Below, in pieces: positions 9,101-19,409 of a DNA stretch of 64,000 bases. Source of the DNA: Candidatus Latescibacterota bacterium (GTDB lineage: Bacteria > Latescibacterota > UBA2968 > UBA8231); contig CBDAOB010000003.1 in the NCBI GenBank assembly GCA_965197905.1, positions 960,001 to 1,024,000 on the forward strand, in the 5' to 3' direction. Under the pieces are notes generated by a model. It was not told the origin of the DNA. It made no database searches and saw only the letters and a program-made list of their open reading frames with translations. Position numbers and translations under genes: made by a program. Position 1 is the first letter of the stretch, and every line of letters starts with the position of its first letter.

Positions 9101-10276
9101 GTGGCAACTAAAACCACATACAGAGCGGTGATCGTAGGCTGTGGCTCCATAGGCTCGCGTCATATCGAAGGCTACCAGCTCTGCGACGACGTCGAAATTT
9201 CTGCCGTCGTCGATCCTCTAGAAATAGCTCGCCGCGACTACCAGGACATCTACGATATCCCTCGAGGTTATGGGACCATCGAGGAGATGCTTGCCGCGGA
9301 AAAGCCCGATCTCGTGAGTATCTGCACCTGGCATCCCCTACACGCACCGCAGACGGTGGCTGCGGCACGAGCTGGAGCGAAAGGCATTCTGTGCGAAAAG
9401 CCAATGTGTGTGGATTTGGGGGAAGCCGACAGCATGATCGAAACGTGCGAGCGCAGCGGCACCCGTCTCGTTGTCAGCCACCAACGCCGTTTCACTCCCG
9501 GTTGGGAGAGGGCACGGGAACTCGTCAATTCGGGTGCCATAGGTGGCCCGCTACGGGTGGACATCAACGTGTTGGAGGGTTTGCACAACCGTGGCACCCA
9601 CACCATTGACGGCGCCTTGTTCGTCCTGAACGATCCACCGGTGCGATGGGTAATGGGTGCGGTCGAGCGCCGCACCGATCGTTGGGAACGAGATATTCCT
9701 ATCGAAGACTGCTGCGTGGGGCTGATCCACTGTGAAAATGACACCCAGATCTTCATACAGTCGGACACCTACAACGAAGCGGCAGTTGTCGCCGCCGGCT
9801 TCGATATCCGCGGCTCAGATGGCATGCTCTGGGTTCGCGAGGATCAGGTACGACTCTTTGACAGCGAAAGTAGCGGTTGGCAGGACGTCCCATTACGCAT
9901 GAAGCGCGAGGAGATCTGCGCCATCGGCGGACACTCCAACGGTGACCAAGCCCGGGAGCACATCGCCTGGATCGAGGGTCGGCAAGAAGGGCACCGCAAC
10001 GCAGGTCGCACCGCGCGTGCAACCGTTGAGGTTATGATGGGGTTATTCGAATCAGCGCGACAACACCAGGTCGTCCGCTTCCCTCTCCAGGAGAAGGCGT
10101 ACCCACTGGCGCTGATGATCGACGAAGGAAAGCTGCCCGTCAAGATCGAGGGCCGCAACGACATCCGCGGATTCCTGAGACGTGATAGAATTGACAATGA
10201 TGCCTACCGCCGTCTGCGCGATCAGGGTATGCATCACCACCAGGCGATGTTCGAGCTCAGTCTGGCGTCAGAATGA
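9101..10276 (+). CDS. Gfo/Idh/MocA family oxidoreductase
   Basis: GCGSIG, CEKPM, HQRRF, GTHTID. Confidence 0.9.
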   Translation: MATKTTYRAVIVGCGSIGSRHIEGYQLCDDVEISAVVDPLEIARRDYQDIYDIPRGYGTIEEMLAAEKPDLVSICTWHPLHAPQTVAAARAGAKGILCEKPMCVDLGEADSMIETCERSGTRLVVSHQRRFTPGWERARELVNSGAIGGPLRVDINVLEGLHNRGTHTIDGALFVLNDPPVRWVMGAVERRTDRWERDIPIEDCCVGLIHCENDTQIFIQSDTYNEAAVVAAGFDIRGSDGMLWVREDQVRLFDSESSGWQDVPLRMKREEICAIGGHSNGDQAREHIAWIEGRQEGHRNAGRTARATVEVMMGLFESARQHQVVRFPLQEKAYPLALMIDEGKLPVKIEGRNDIRGFLRRDRIDNDAYRRLRDQGMHHHQAMFELSLASE

Positions 10277-11091
10277 ATGATAGTTCAATGAAGCTGACCG
10301 AAACGCAATTGCAACAGTTCGACACCGAAGGCTGGGTGTTGATACCCAACCTATTTAACCACGAAGAGATCGACATACTCTCTGGAGAGTTGCCGGATAT
10401 TTTTGCCATGGATCGAGAGGAGGTCTGGCGTGAGAGCGATGGCGAAGCGGTACGTACCGCTTTTGCGGCTCACACCTACAACGAGGCGTTTCGACGTCTG
10501 GGCTGCCATCCACGTCTGATAGAACCGGTGATGCAGCTTCTCGACGGGCCCGTATATATTCACCAGTACAAGATCAATGGAAAGGCCGCCTTCAACGGCG
10601 ACGTCTGGCAATGGCACCAGGACTACGGCATTTGGTCGCGTGACGATCAGATGCCGGAGGCCAGAGCGATGAACATCGCGTTGTTCCTCGACGAGGTGAC
10701 CGAGTTCAACGGACCTCTCTACATCCTACCGCGCAGCCACAAACAGGGTGTGATCGCCGCCGGCCACGACACTCTGACAACCTCCTACCCCCTGTGGACG
10801 TTGGACAAAGAAACGGTTTCCAAGCTGGCTGACGAAGGTGGCATCGTCGCGCCGAAAGGCAAGCCGGGAGCCGTGATCCTTTTCCATTCGAACATCGTGC
10901 ACGCTTCTGCGCCCAACATCAGTCCTTGGGACAGGGTCATCGTCTACCTGAGCCTATGTCATGTGGACAACCACATCCGCCAGTTCAAACGCCCCGAGTG
11001 GGTCGCCCACCGCGATTTCGCGCCGATCGAGCCACTGAACGACGACTGTCTGTTGGAATTGGCGGGAGGTGACCATGAGGTGGCCGACTAA
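10273..11091 (+). CDS. PhyH-family Fe(II)/2-oxoglutarate dioxygenase (proline/ectoine hydroxylase-like)
   Basis: WQWHQDYGIW, FLDEVTEFNGPL..LPRSH, VHAS..N. Confidence 0.85.
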   Translation: MNDSSMKLTETQLQQFDTEGWVLIPNLFNHEEIDILSGELPDIFAMDREEVWRESDGEAVRTAFAAHTYNEAFRRLGCHPRLIEPVMQLLDGPVYIHQYKINGKAAFNGDVWQWHQDYGIWSRDDQMPEARAMNIALFLDEVTEFNGPLYILPRSHKQGVIAAGHDTLTTSYPLWTLDKETVSKLADEGGIVAPKGKPGAVILFHSNIVHASAPNISPWDRVIVYLSLCHVDNHIRQFKRPEWVAHRDFAPIEPLNDDCLLELAGGDHEVAD

Positions 11092-11151
11092 CCGCCATTC
11101 TACTGTGCTTTTCGTCGTGCGAATCAGGTGGATTGAAGTGAGATCACCAGT

Positions 11152-11703
11152 ATGGCGATGACCCCGAATACGAGAAAAGGAATATGGGTCCTAGCTGCCA
11201 TCCTGTTCGCTGCCGGCAGCATTAAGATTCACCACTTCGTCAAGATCGAGTTGCGCCAGCGCGGTTTTGTTTCTGTTGACAAACTCGGTGATATCGAGGT
11301 CGGTAGTGAGTCGCCGCTTTTTTCTACCTCTGATCTGCAGGGAGAGCCGGTTGTACTCGCGGATTTCCAGGGTCGCAAGGTAGTTCTCTTGGATTTCTGG
11401 GCCACCTGGTGTACTCCGTGTTTGCTCGCCATGCCGGAGTTGCAGAAGCTGCACGAGGAATACTGGGGCCGCGGGGTTGAAATCCTTGCAGTCAATCTCG
11501 GTGAAGGGCCCAAACGCATTCGGGAATTCGTAGAAAGAAGAGGCTATACCTTTCGTGTGGTGGAGGACCGCAATTCCGACGTCGGCAAGATTTTCGGGGT
11601 CACTTCAATACCGGTACAAGTGGTGGTTGGCATGAACGGACGCGTAGAGTGGATTCAGGTCGGCTACGACCCGAAGAAGATGGAGGAACTCGGCAGCTGC
11701 TAG
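11152..11703 (+). CDS. TlpA-like thiol:disulfide oxidoreductase
   Basis: N-terminal TM, DFWATWCTPC; possible 1-nt loss near 11692 shortening the last helix. Confidence 0.88.
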   Translation: MAMTPNTRKGIWVLAAILFAAGSIKIHHFVKIELRQRGFVSVDKLGDIEVGSESPLFSTSDLQGEPVVLADFQGRKVVLLDFWATWCTPCLLAMPELQKLHEEYWGRGVEILAVNLGEGPKRIREFVERRGYTFRVVEDRNSDVGKIFGVTSIPVQVVVGMNGRVEWIQVGYDPKKMEELGSC

Positions 11704-11758
11704 ACAGATTGGTTCGAGACGTCCCGCCCCTCGGGTCGGCTGCAATGTGAGCTCAGGC

Positions 11759-12670
11759 ATGAGTGTGATTCGAACAGAAAATCTCGGCAAGACATACAGA
11801 GGGGGCACCGTTGCGCTCCAGGGTCTCGATTTGGAGGTTGGAGAAGCCGAGGTCTTCGGTTTTCTCGGACCCAATGGCGCCGGCAAGTCGACGACCATTC
11901 AGCTGTTGCTCAATTTCATTCGTCCGAGTGCGGGCTGTGCTTATCTGTTCGATCACCCGGTAACCAGCTCACAGGCGCGGCGGAAACTCGGATTCCTGCC
12001 GGAGTCGGTGAATTTGCACAGCTACTACAGTGGGCAGCGGGTGCTGGAGTTTTATGGTGGCTTAGTGGGAATCCCTTCCGCTGACCGTGCTCGGACGGCG
12101 GCAGAATTACTTGAGCGAGTGGGCATCCAGGATGCGGCCGAACAAAAAATCTCGAAGTATTCCAAGGGCATGCTGCAAAGACTGGGGTTGGCTCAGGCGC
12201 TGCTCAGCGATCCAGACCTGCTAATTCTCGACGAGCCCACATCCAATCTCGACGCAATTGCCCGCCGGGATTTCCGCGATGTCCTGCTGCAGCTCAAATC
12301 AAACGGAAAAACAGTATTCATTTGTTCGCACATCCTCTCGGAGGTTAAATCGGTGTGCGACCGGGTGGCGATTCTTCAGCAGGGGAAGTTGAATCGAGTC
12401 GGGACATTGGAGGAGTTGTCAGCGGCAAAGGGGTCGCGAATCGTTGTGACCGAGTTACCGGCAAGGGTGGTCGAGGCGTTGTCAGCTACTGCAGCTCGCA
12501 CTACGGTGACGCAAGGGATAGCTACCATTGAATGCGACGACGAAACAGTTCGCCACGAGGTAGAGCGCATTCTCGACAGCAGCGAGGTAGAGGTCGAGCG
12601 CGTCGAGACCGAGACGCAATCGCTGGAGGAAATCTTCTTTGGCGCCATCGAACCGAAGGAGGAGTCATGA
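11759..12670 (+). CDS. ABC transporter ATP-binding protein
   Basis: GPNGAGKST, YSKGMLQR, LILDEPT. Confidence 0.93.
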   Translation: MSVIRTENLGKTYRGGTVALQGLDLEVGEAEVFGFLGPNGAGKSTTIQLLLNFIRPSAGCAYLFDHPVTSSQARRKLGFLPESVNLHSYYSGQRVLEFYGGLVGIPSADRARTAAELLERVGIQDAAEQKISKYSKGMLQRLGLAQALLSDPDLLILDEPTSNLDAIARRDFRDVLLQLKSNGKTVFICSHILSEVKSVCDRVAILQQGKLNRVGTLEELSAAKGSRIVVTELPARVVEALSATAARTTVTQGIATIECDDETVRHEVERILDSSEVEVERVETETQSLEEIFFGAIEPKEES

Positions 12671-13467
12671 CGGCGATTCTCCTTATCGCGGTCGACAGCG
12701 TCCGAGCGTTGCTTCATCAGCGTCTGTTGGTGGTGCTCATGTTGGTGACGTTGGGCTTGACCGTCCTGTTCTCGGTATTGCTAACCGAGGCCGAGGAATG
12801 GATTCCTCAGAGTTTCGAAAACGCTTCCGCTGCGCGGGAAGGTGTCGATGAGGAAACCATAGAGAATATGCACAAGGGGACGAGATTGGCTGGTGCCTTC
12901 TTTGTCGCCGGATTCTACTGGTTTTCCGCGCTCGGGGGAACAGTGGTAGCACTGTTCATCTGCTCGTTCGCTGTTGCGACGGACATCCGGAATGGCACCA
13001 TCCAAATTACCCTGTCCAAACCGGTGTCTCGATCGCTGTTCCTTCTCGGCAAGTACTTCGGTGCCATCGCGGCAATGATCGGTTATTCGATTCTCAGCGG
13101 CATCGCCCTGGTGATTTTTGCCTACTCGAATCAGCTGGAGTTGAATCTGGCGGCGCGCTATGCGCCCTGGCTGATGTTTTGCCATAATCTCATGGTAGGG
13201 TCTGTGGCACTGTGCCTCTCGCTCTTGATACACCCTCTCATAGCCGCCGTCGTGGCCTATTTCGCCAGCGCCAGTTTTCTCTCACCGCCCAATCCACTCT
13301 ATTTCATCCTTCCCAGTTATGACCGCTACAACGTCTTTACCCTGATTTTCGGTGGCCGCTTCGTCCCACTGGAAGAGATCTTCGTTCTCACCCTCTACGC
13401 GTTCGATGTTGCGGCGATATTTCTGCTGTTGGCGGTGTGGAGATTTCGCACCAAAGAGCTATTGTAG
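12667..13467 (+). CDS. ABC-2 type transporter permease
   Basis: ATGA overlap with the ATPase; DIRNGTIQITLSKPVSR..FLLGKY; multiple TM. Confidence 0.88.
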   Translation: MTAILLIAVDSVRALLHQRLLVVLMLVTLGLTVLFSVLLTEAEEWIPQSFENASAAREGVDEETIENMHKGTRLAGAFFVAGFYWFSALGGTVVALFICSFAVATDIRNGTIQITLSKPVSRSLFLLGKYFGAIAAMIGYSILSGIALVIFAYSNQLELNLAARYAPWLMFCHNLMVGSVALCLSLLIHPLIAAVVAYFASASFLSPPNPLYFILPSYDRYNVFTLIFGGRFVPLEEIFVLTLYAFDVAAIFLLLAVWRFRTKELL

Positions 13468-13537
13468 ATTCGGTCGGTCGCTTGGGTTGTCCTGACCGGC
13501 TGGCTAGCAGCGTAGAGTTGTCAATCGAGAACATCGA

Positions 13538-14332
13538 ATGGACAGACCCGATCCAGCTCTTCTCGTCACCCAGAGCACAGCCACTTGGCGCTACGGCGTT
13601 CTGATAGCTGCCGTATTCGGTTCACTCATTTGGGCGTTGAGCCTGAATCCGATTCCACAGGACACTGAATACCATTTATTCGCCGACAAGCGGACATTCG
13701 TTGGCATTCCGAATTTTCTCGATGTCATGTCGAATCTTCCCTTTCTAATCGTCGGCCTCCTCGGTGTGCAATTTTGTCATCGATTGGAGCTTGGTGCCGT
13801 CGGCCGTGCCTGGCTAGTCCTGTTTGTTGGAATCGCTTTTGTCAGCGTCGGCTCGGCGTACTATCACTGGAACCCGACGAATCAGTCTCTGGTCTGGGAT
13901 CGAATCCCGATGACGATGGCGTTCATGGGTTTGTTTGTCTCCCTTCTCGGCGAGTATTTGGGATATCGGCTTGCCGCGATCCTGCTGGTCCCGGCAGTGC
14001 TTCTTGGGATAGCAACGGTATTATATTGGGCTCTATTCGACGACTTGCGGCTCTATTACTGGGTTCAGCTGGCTCCATTGCTGACTATCCCGGCGGCGAT
14101 GATGCTGTTTCAGAGCAGGTACACTCGCGATTGGCTCCTGCTGGTGGCGCTTGGGTGTTATGCGCTCGCCAAGGTTGCAGAGGTTTACGATCAGGCGATA
14201 TTTCGTGCTACATCTGAGGTCGTCAGTGGACACACGCTCAAGCATCTCCTGGCGGCGGCAGGGTGCTACACCGTTCTCTGGATGTTGCAGAGCAGAAATC
14301 CAAGGCAAGAGTTAGCGGCTGACAGTGCCTAG
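13538..14332 (+). CDS. Alkaline ceramidase-like (CREST) membrane hydrolase
   Basis: YHLFADKR, SNLPF, GSAYYH, WDRIPM, SGHTLKH. Confidence 0.85.
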   Translation: MDRPDPALLVTQSTATWRYGVLIAAVFGSLIWALSLNPIPQDTEYHLFADKRTFVGIPNFLDVMSNLPFLIVGLLGVQFCHRLELGAVGRAWLVLFVGIAFVSVGSAYYHWNPTNQSLVWDRIPMTMAFMGLFVSLLGEYLGYRLAAILLVPAVLLGIATVLYWALFDDLRLYYWVQLAPLLTIPAAMMLFQSRYTRDWLLLVALGCYALAKVAEVYDQAIFRATSEVVSGHTLKHLLAAAGCYTVLWMLQSRNPRQELAADSA

Positions 14333-14355
14333 GTCAGCGGCTGTGGGCGGACAAC

Positions 14356-15345
14356 GTGGAATATCGCAGGCTGGGCGATTCGGATATCGAAGTCTCGGTG
14401 ATGGGGTTGGGTTGCTGGCCCTTCGCTGGGGGCTCCTTCTGGGGCGATCAGGATGACGACGATTCCGTGTCAACCATCCACGCGGCGCTGGACGTTGGCA
14501 TCAACCTCTTCGATACCGCAGAGGGGTACGAGGAGGGATATTCCGAACGCGTTCTGGGACGGGGTCTGGAAGGCAGGCGAGACCAAGCTGTTGTCGCAAC
14601 AAAGCTGGGTCCGAGTTTCCTGACCCCGGAAGGTATTGTGTCCGCTTGCGAAGCGAGTCTCGAAAACCTCCGGACAGACCATATCGATCTGTATCAGATC
14701 CACTGGCCCAACCACGACATCCCGATCGAGACCTCCTGGCGTGCGCTCGAGGGGTTGGTGACCTCCGGCAAAGTGCGGGCGCTGGGTGTTTCGAACTTCG
14801 GTGTAGGTGATTTATCAGACCTGCTAGAGGTGGGCCGTCCACAAACGAATCAGTTGCCCTGCAGCATGCTCTGGCGTGCGATCGAGTACGAGATTCTTCC
14901 ACTTTGTCTTGAAAAGGGCGTTGGAATAATCTGCTACAGCCCGCTGGCACAAGGGCTGTTGACGGGACGGTACGATACGGCTGACGAAGTGCCAGATGGG
15001 CTGGCGCGGACTCGGTGGTATTCGCAAGAACGTTCGCTGGCGAAACATGGCGACTCCGGATGTGAAGAAGCGGTTTTCCGCGCTATTGAGGGCATCCGTG
15101 AGGTCAGCGAGAAGATCGGCGCCCCTATGGCCTCCGTGGCCCTTGCATGGGTCAGGCAAAAGGCGGGCGTGACCTCGTTTCTCGTGGGTGCCCGAAGTCC
15201 CGCCGAACTCGAGCGGAATCTGCCGTCTCTGTCGCTTGAGCTGGACGTGGCGACGACGGCTGAGCTCAACCGACTCACGCACCCCGTAATGGAAGCGATC
15301 GGGAGAAATCCGGACATGTGGATGTCTGACTCCCGGATTCGGTGA
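14356..15345 (+). CDS. Aldo/keto reductase
   Basis: FDTAEGY, IDLYQIHWP, GVSNF, YSPLAQGLLTG. Confidence 0.93.
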   Translation: MEYRRLGDSDIEVSVMGLGCWPFAGGSFWGDQDDDDSVSTIHAALDVGINLFDTAEGYEEGYSERVLGRGLEGRRDQAVVATKLGPSFLTPEGIVSACEASLENLRTDHIDLYQIHWPNHDIPIETSWRALEGLVTSGKVRALGVSNFGVGDLSDLLEVGRPQTNQLPCSMLWRAIEYEILPLCLEKGVGIICYSPLAQGLLTGRYDTADEVPDGLARTRWYSQERSLAKHGDSGCEEAVFRAIEGIREVSEKIGAPMASVALAWVRQKAGVTSFLVGARSPAELERNLPSLSLELDVATTAELNRLTHPVMEAIGRNPDMWMSDSRIR

Positions 15346-15436
15346 GCTGGGCGCGAATCCGCCGCTTTGGACGACGAAGTCGCGGAATTGGTTGTCATTT
15401 TTCCCACGAGAGGATGCTCCTCCCGTCTTGATTGAC

Positions 15437-17041
15437 TCAACCCTCGGTTGGCTCGAGTCGGACAGGGAGACGAACCCGAAAGGTCGTCCCACTGCCCAGC
15501 TCACTGCTAACCTTGATCGAACCATGGTGGGCTTCGACAATCTGATGCACGATCGAAAGCCCTAGCCCTGTACCGACGCCCACGCCCTTGGTCGTGAAGC
15601 CTGGGTCGAAGACACGACCGAGATCTTCGGGTGCGATTCCGCGACCCGTGTCACGGATCACGATGGTCACAAACTCGTCTTGCTGCGCGGCATTGACGAA
15701 GATGTCGCCGGGACCATCGATCGCCTGACTGGCGTTGACTAGCAGATTCATAAGCAGTTGGTTGATCTGGTTGGCATAGCACTCCAACAGCGGCGACTTC
15801 GTCTCGTCGACATGAATTGTGATGCGGCCATCGGTCTCGTGCCGTAACAAGGGTAACGTTTCGTTGATCGCGGCGACTATGTCGATGCTGTCCACTTCGG
15901 CTTGGTCGAGCCGAGTGAAGCGTCGCAGTCCGCTGACCACTCCCGCGATCCGCTCGATGGCCTGGCCGGTGATGTCCAGCATGTTGCCAGCGCTTTCGAT
16001 CAGCCGATCGTGCGCGCGACTCGTCGCAGCTTTGTCTGCGAAGCTTGCTTCGAATTTCTCGACAATCAGCTTCAGGGTCTGATGGTTGCTCTTGATCGCG
16101 CCTAGCGGCGTGTTGATTTCGTGTGCGACACCGGCGACCAATCGTCCGAGGGCGGCCATCTTATCCCTGAGAACGAGCTCGTTTTGCGTAGTCTCGAGCT
16201 CAGCTACCGCCGCCTCGAGCTCGGCGGTGCGTTCTGCCACACGTCGCTCGAGCGTGGCGTTGAGCTTCGAGATTTCAGCCTCGGCCTCCTTCAGCTTCGT
16301 AACATCGAGCGCCGTACCCACCATCCGACTAGGGTTGCCCTCGTCATCGCGAATCAGCTCGCCATGGGCATGAAGGATGCGGATTTCGCCGTCAGGTCGA
16401 ACTAATCGGTGCAAAAAATCGAGTGACGCACCGCCATAGGCGGCTTCAACCAACCCGGCTACGCGCTCCTGGTCGTCCGGATGGACGCGTTCGAGGAAAG
16501 CCTCGTATGACGCCTCGAAGTCCTCCGGCGTAGTGCCGTAGATTCGATGAAGCTCCTCGGACCACGTAACATTGTTCTCGGCAATGTCCCACTCCCATGA
16601 TCCGAGATGGGCCACGCGCTGTGCTTCGGTCAGCTTTCGCTGGCTATCGCGGAGAGATTGTTCCCGCTCAGTTCGTTCGCTTATGTCGCGGAGGAAGGCG
16701 CTAAAGATATTCTGGTCCCCCACGCGCAAGGAGCAGACTCCGAGCTCGACATGGAACTCATGGCCGTCACGATGGAGTGCTTCGATCTCGATGTTGCGAC
16801 CAATAATGCGAGCCTCACCAGTCTCGAGGAATTGTCTTAATCCATCTTTGTGACGTTGCCGGTAGCGTTCCGGCATGATCAGTTCGGACAGATCCCGACC
16901 GATCGCTTCTTCCCTCGTCCAGCCAAAGGTGGTTTCGGCGTGGCCGTTCCAGCCGGTTACCGTCCCATGCTCTGACATGGTAATCGCGGCGTCGATCGCA
17001 GAGTCGAGTATCCACCGGACTTGGTCTACGAGATCATCCAT
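15437..17041 (-). CDS. Cytoplasmic PAS-PAS sensor histidine kinase
   Basis: Two PAS domains, H-box VAHEINTP, N-box NLLVNA, DPGFTTK..GTGLGL; start 17041 or 17056. Confidence 0.92.
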   Translation of the reverse strand: MDDLVDQVRWILDSAIDAAITMSEHGTVTGWNGHAETTFGWTREEAIGRDLSELIMPERYRQRHKDGLRQFLETGEARIIGRNIEIEALHRDGHEFHVELGVCSLRVGDQNIFSAFLRDISERTEREQSLRDSQRKLTEAQRVAHLGSWEWDIAENNVTWSEELHRIYGTTPEDFEASYEAFLERVHPDDQERVAGLVEAAYGGASLDFLHRLVRPDGEIRILHAHGELIRDDEGNPSRMVGTALDVTKLKEAEAEISKLNATLERRVAERTAELEAAVAELETTQNELVLRDKMAALGRLVAGVAHEINTPLGAIKSNHQTLKLIVEKFEASFADKAATSRAHDRLIESAGNMLDITGQAIERIAGVVSGLRRFTRLDQAEVDSIDIVAAINETLPLLRHETDGRITIHVDETKSPLLECYANQINQLLMNLLVNASQAIDGPGDIFVNAAQQDEFVTIVIRDTGRGIAPEDLGRVFDPGFTTKGVGVGTGLGLSIVHQIVEAHHGSIKVSSELGSGTTFRVRLPVRLEPTEG

Positions 17042-17220
17042 GAGAGAATCCCCCATGCGCGCGTAATACCGGGCGAGATCTCGACGTGCTCGAGTCCCAT
17101 TATGAGCAGGGAGGGCCAGAGCAGATCGATGAACTGTGCGGCGAGAAAGAGGGTGCCCAATGAAATGGCTGGAACCGCCGCTTTCAGACCCAATCCGACG
17201 CCGAAATGACCGACAAACAT
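17026..17220 (-). pseudogene. N-terminal fragment of a membrane-bound metal-dependent hydrolase
   Basis: MFVGHFGVGLGLK...LGTLFLAAQFIDLLWP...EHVEISPGIT, then similarity stops before the expected SHSL motif; GGAGG RBS present. Confidence 0.7.
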
Positions 17221-17228
17221 GGCAATCC

Positions 17229-17298
17229 TCCTATCGACCAAGCTCACCTGCCGATACGAAACGCAGCGGAATAGCGGTCAGGTGCAGCTTTGCTAGGT
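17229..17298 (-). mobile_element. Degenerate integron attC site
   Basis: Minus strand ACCTAGC-AAA-GCTGCACCTGACCGCTATTCCGCTGCGTTTCGTATCGGCAGGTGAGC-TTGGTC-GATAGGA, directly followed by RBS and ATG. Confidence 0.7.
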
Positions 17299-17381
17299 GT
17301 CGTTACTATGCTCCGCAGTTATAACTACATTTCCCTTCTTGTGTCCTTTATCGACATACCTGTGAGCTTCGGCAATCAGTT

Positions 17382-18425
17382 TCAACGGATAGCGTCTATC
17401 CCATCTCGATCAAGGTGCCACCAGGGTACAAGAATCAAACCGTGTTTTGACAGGATGGGTCTTCTATCCGGTGCAGCGGTCGCAGCTTCACCGCTAAACA
17501 CCCGAGGATACAAGTCGAGCAGGGAGCCAAGCGCTATTTCGTCGATACCTTCATACAAGAGGATGCCTCTGTCGGTTCTGTTCCAGAGGAACCCGGCGGT
17601 CATGAAGAGGGCAACGAAATCGGTGGTCTTGAAATCAAAGGGGTCAACTCGCCGGGGATGGAGGGATAGATCATAGTGGAGTTTTTGAGCAGTCTCTTTC
17701 GCCACATCCTCTCCGACAGCTCTATTGAGAGCCTGGAATGTAGCGTCTATGGAGGCCGTAACGCCCGCCGATGTGATGATGTTTCCATCCTCGACGAAAC
17801 GGACTCCCCGCGTCCACTGGGTGTCCGGGTATTTCTGTTCCAGATCGCCGAATGATAGATAGTGACTGCTGGCTCGTCGGTTCTGGAGCAGACCCGCCTC
17901 AGCCAGCACTCGAGCTCCCTTGCATACGGAGACCAGCCATTGGCTTCGCTTGGAATTGCGCTGTATCCACTCCACGATGGTCTTGTTCTCCGGATCTGCG
18001 ATATTGGGGACGAGAATCAGATCCGGGGGGCCGCCAAGCTTTCTTTCTAGCTCTTCAAAAGAGAAGTGCGGCATGATATCAGCGCCACTCCAAAAGGGGG
18101 ATAGAGTGCGTTCGGGTGCCACCGTGACGACGTTCAGCGCCTCCGACGAGGCGAGTATACCGTAAGGTGCCAGCAAGTCTGTGGTTTCCGTTCCACCATT
18201 GCTAAGCACCACGGCTGCTGTCGGTTTTTTCGGATCGATTTCAGGGGAGTAGGACAGCTCGGGCCACTGCCCGACTAGCGGTTCCGAGGCGGAAACCTCC
18301 ATCCAGTCCCCTACGACTTTTAGCGCCACAATCAAACCAACTAGGAGAGGAGGCACGAGAAAAGTTGCTCCATAGAGCAGGATGCTCAGGAGTCGGCGCC
18401 TTGTCGAAGGGCGGCTTTCCTTCAT
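17382..18425 (-). CDS. DJ-1/PfpI family protein with N-terminal membrane anchor; second domain appears truncated
   Basis: [33 protein letters not shown]. Confidence 0.8.
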   Translation of the reverse strand: MKESRPSTRRRLLSILLYGATFLVPPLLVGLIVALKVVGDWMEVSASEPLVGQWPELSYSPEIDPKKPTAAVVLSNGGTETTDLLAPYGILASSEALNVVTVAPERTLSPFWSGADIMPHFSFEELERKLGGPPDLILVPNIADPENKTIVEWIQRNSKRSQWLVSVCKGARVLAEAGLLQNRRASSHYLSFGDLEQKYPDTQWTRGVRFVEDGNIITSAGVTASIDATFQALNRAVGEDVAKETAQKLHYDLSLHPRRVDPFDFKTTDFVALFMTAGFLWNRTDRGILLYEGIDEIALGSLLDLYPRVFSGEAATAAPDRRPILSKHGLILVPWWHLDRDGIDAIR

Positions 18426-18586
18426 CGTTGAACGGGATCCCACGTCGATTCCTACTGTGACAAGGCAGTCGAAGCCAAGGAGGTCGACAGGCCGATCGTG
18501 AGGAATGATGGGATAGACATGCAGGATGTGACGCACCGCAAGAGCACCACCTCTCAGTGATCAACGCGGGCTATTGGACGCCTACG

Positions 18587-18660
18587 TCGGAAGGTTGGGA
18601 AGTTGGATGATCTAAATGCTACTGATCTTTCGCATGATCGAGAAGCCAGAGTACGCGCTT
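18587..18660 (+). repeat. Dispersed repeat A, copy 1 (inverted copy at 53199-53271)
   Basis: First 23 nt identical (tcggaaggttgggaagttggatg); 6 substitutions and 1 gap over 74 nt by manual alignment. Confidence 0.85.
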
Positions 18661-18747
18661 AACGGCTGCGGAGCTACGAAGACCTCATCTTGTGCACTAT
18701 CGCGACGTATCTGGATAAGTTCTTTACAGTCTCGGGCATCAGACTGC

Positions 18748-19173
18748 CTACTCCGTGAACTCGATCACGTCGGCTCGAATGGTGAGGGAAACGTCGTTGT
18801 ATACGAGGAAATTGCGGGTAGCCGCATCGTAGCGGACGTTGGCAAGGGCCAAACGTCGACCCGCCCCCTCGCCGTGTTCGGCCGCGAATGCCTGCCACAA
18901 GCTCTCGATGGCTTCGGTGTAGAGCTTGCCCGTTCCGGTGAGACGATACAAGGACACGGACCCGGTCTGCGGTCCGTTGGAGAAGGCAATGCCGATCAAA
19001 TAGGCCGCCTCAGCCTCGCCGGACACACTGGTCGCCACCACCTTGAAGTTGGGCTCCGACAGCTCCACCAGGGTTAAGTTCCCAGCGGCAAAAAAGCCCG
19101 CCTGGGCACACCCAGTCAGGGCGGCCGCCAGGACGACGGCCAGAAACATGAGTACAGCAGCGAACTTGGGCAT
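18748..19173 (-). CDS. DUF6567-like lipoprotein
   Basis: Lipobox LTGC, TLVELSEPNFKVV...VSGEA, ALANVRYD, RADVIEF. Confidence 0.75.
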   Translation of the reverse strand: MPKFAAVLMFLAVVLAAALTGCAQAGFFAAGNLTLVELSEPNFKVVATSVSGEAEAAYLIGIAFSNGPQTGSVSLYRLTGTGKLYTEAIESLWQAFAAEHGEGAGRRLALANVRYDAATRNFLVYNDVSLTIRADVIEFTE

Positions 19174-19320
19174 GTGCAGCCTCCTCGTGACATGCTCGAT
19201 GAACGCATTCGGACACTCCAGACGCTCGTTCGATACTGTAACACCGTTACTTGGTCAAATCAATATCGGCCATACTGGGGAAGAAATCAGTGAAAGGTGT
19301 GAGCAAACGACACCCTGAAC

Positions 19321-19409
19321 GGGTCCTTACTTGATGTTTTGATTGAAGTTGGGGACCTGCGCGATTTTCTGCTAGTGTACGGACCATTTTTTGGGGTCGC
19401 GGTCCGCAC
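19321..19409 (+). repeat. Dispersed repeat B, copy 1 (direct copy at 48862-48949)
   Basis: 31 of first 33 nt identical (gggtccttacttg.tgttttgattga.gttggg), weaker similarity to about 90 nt. Confidence 0.85.
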
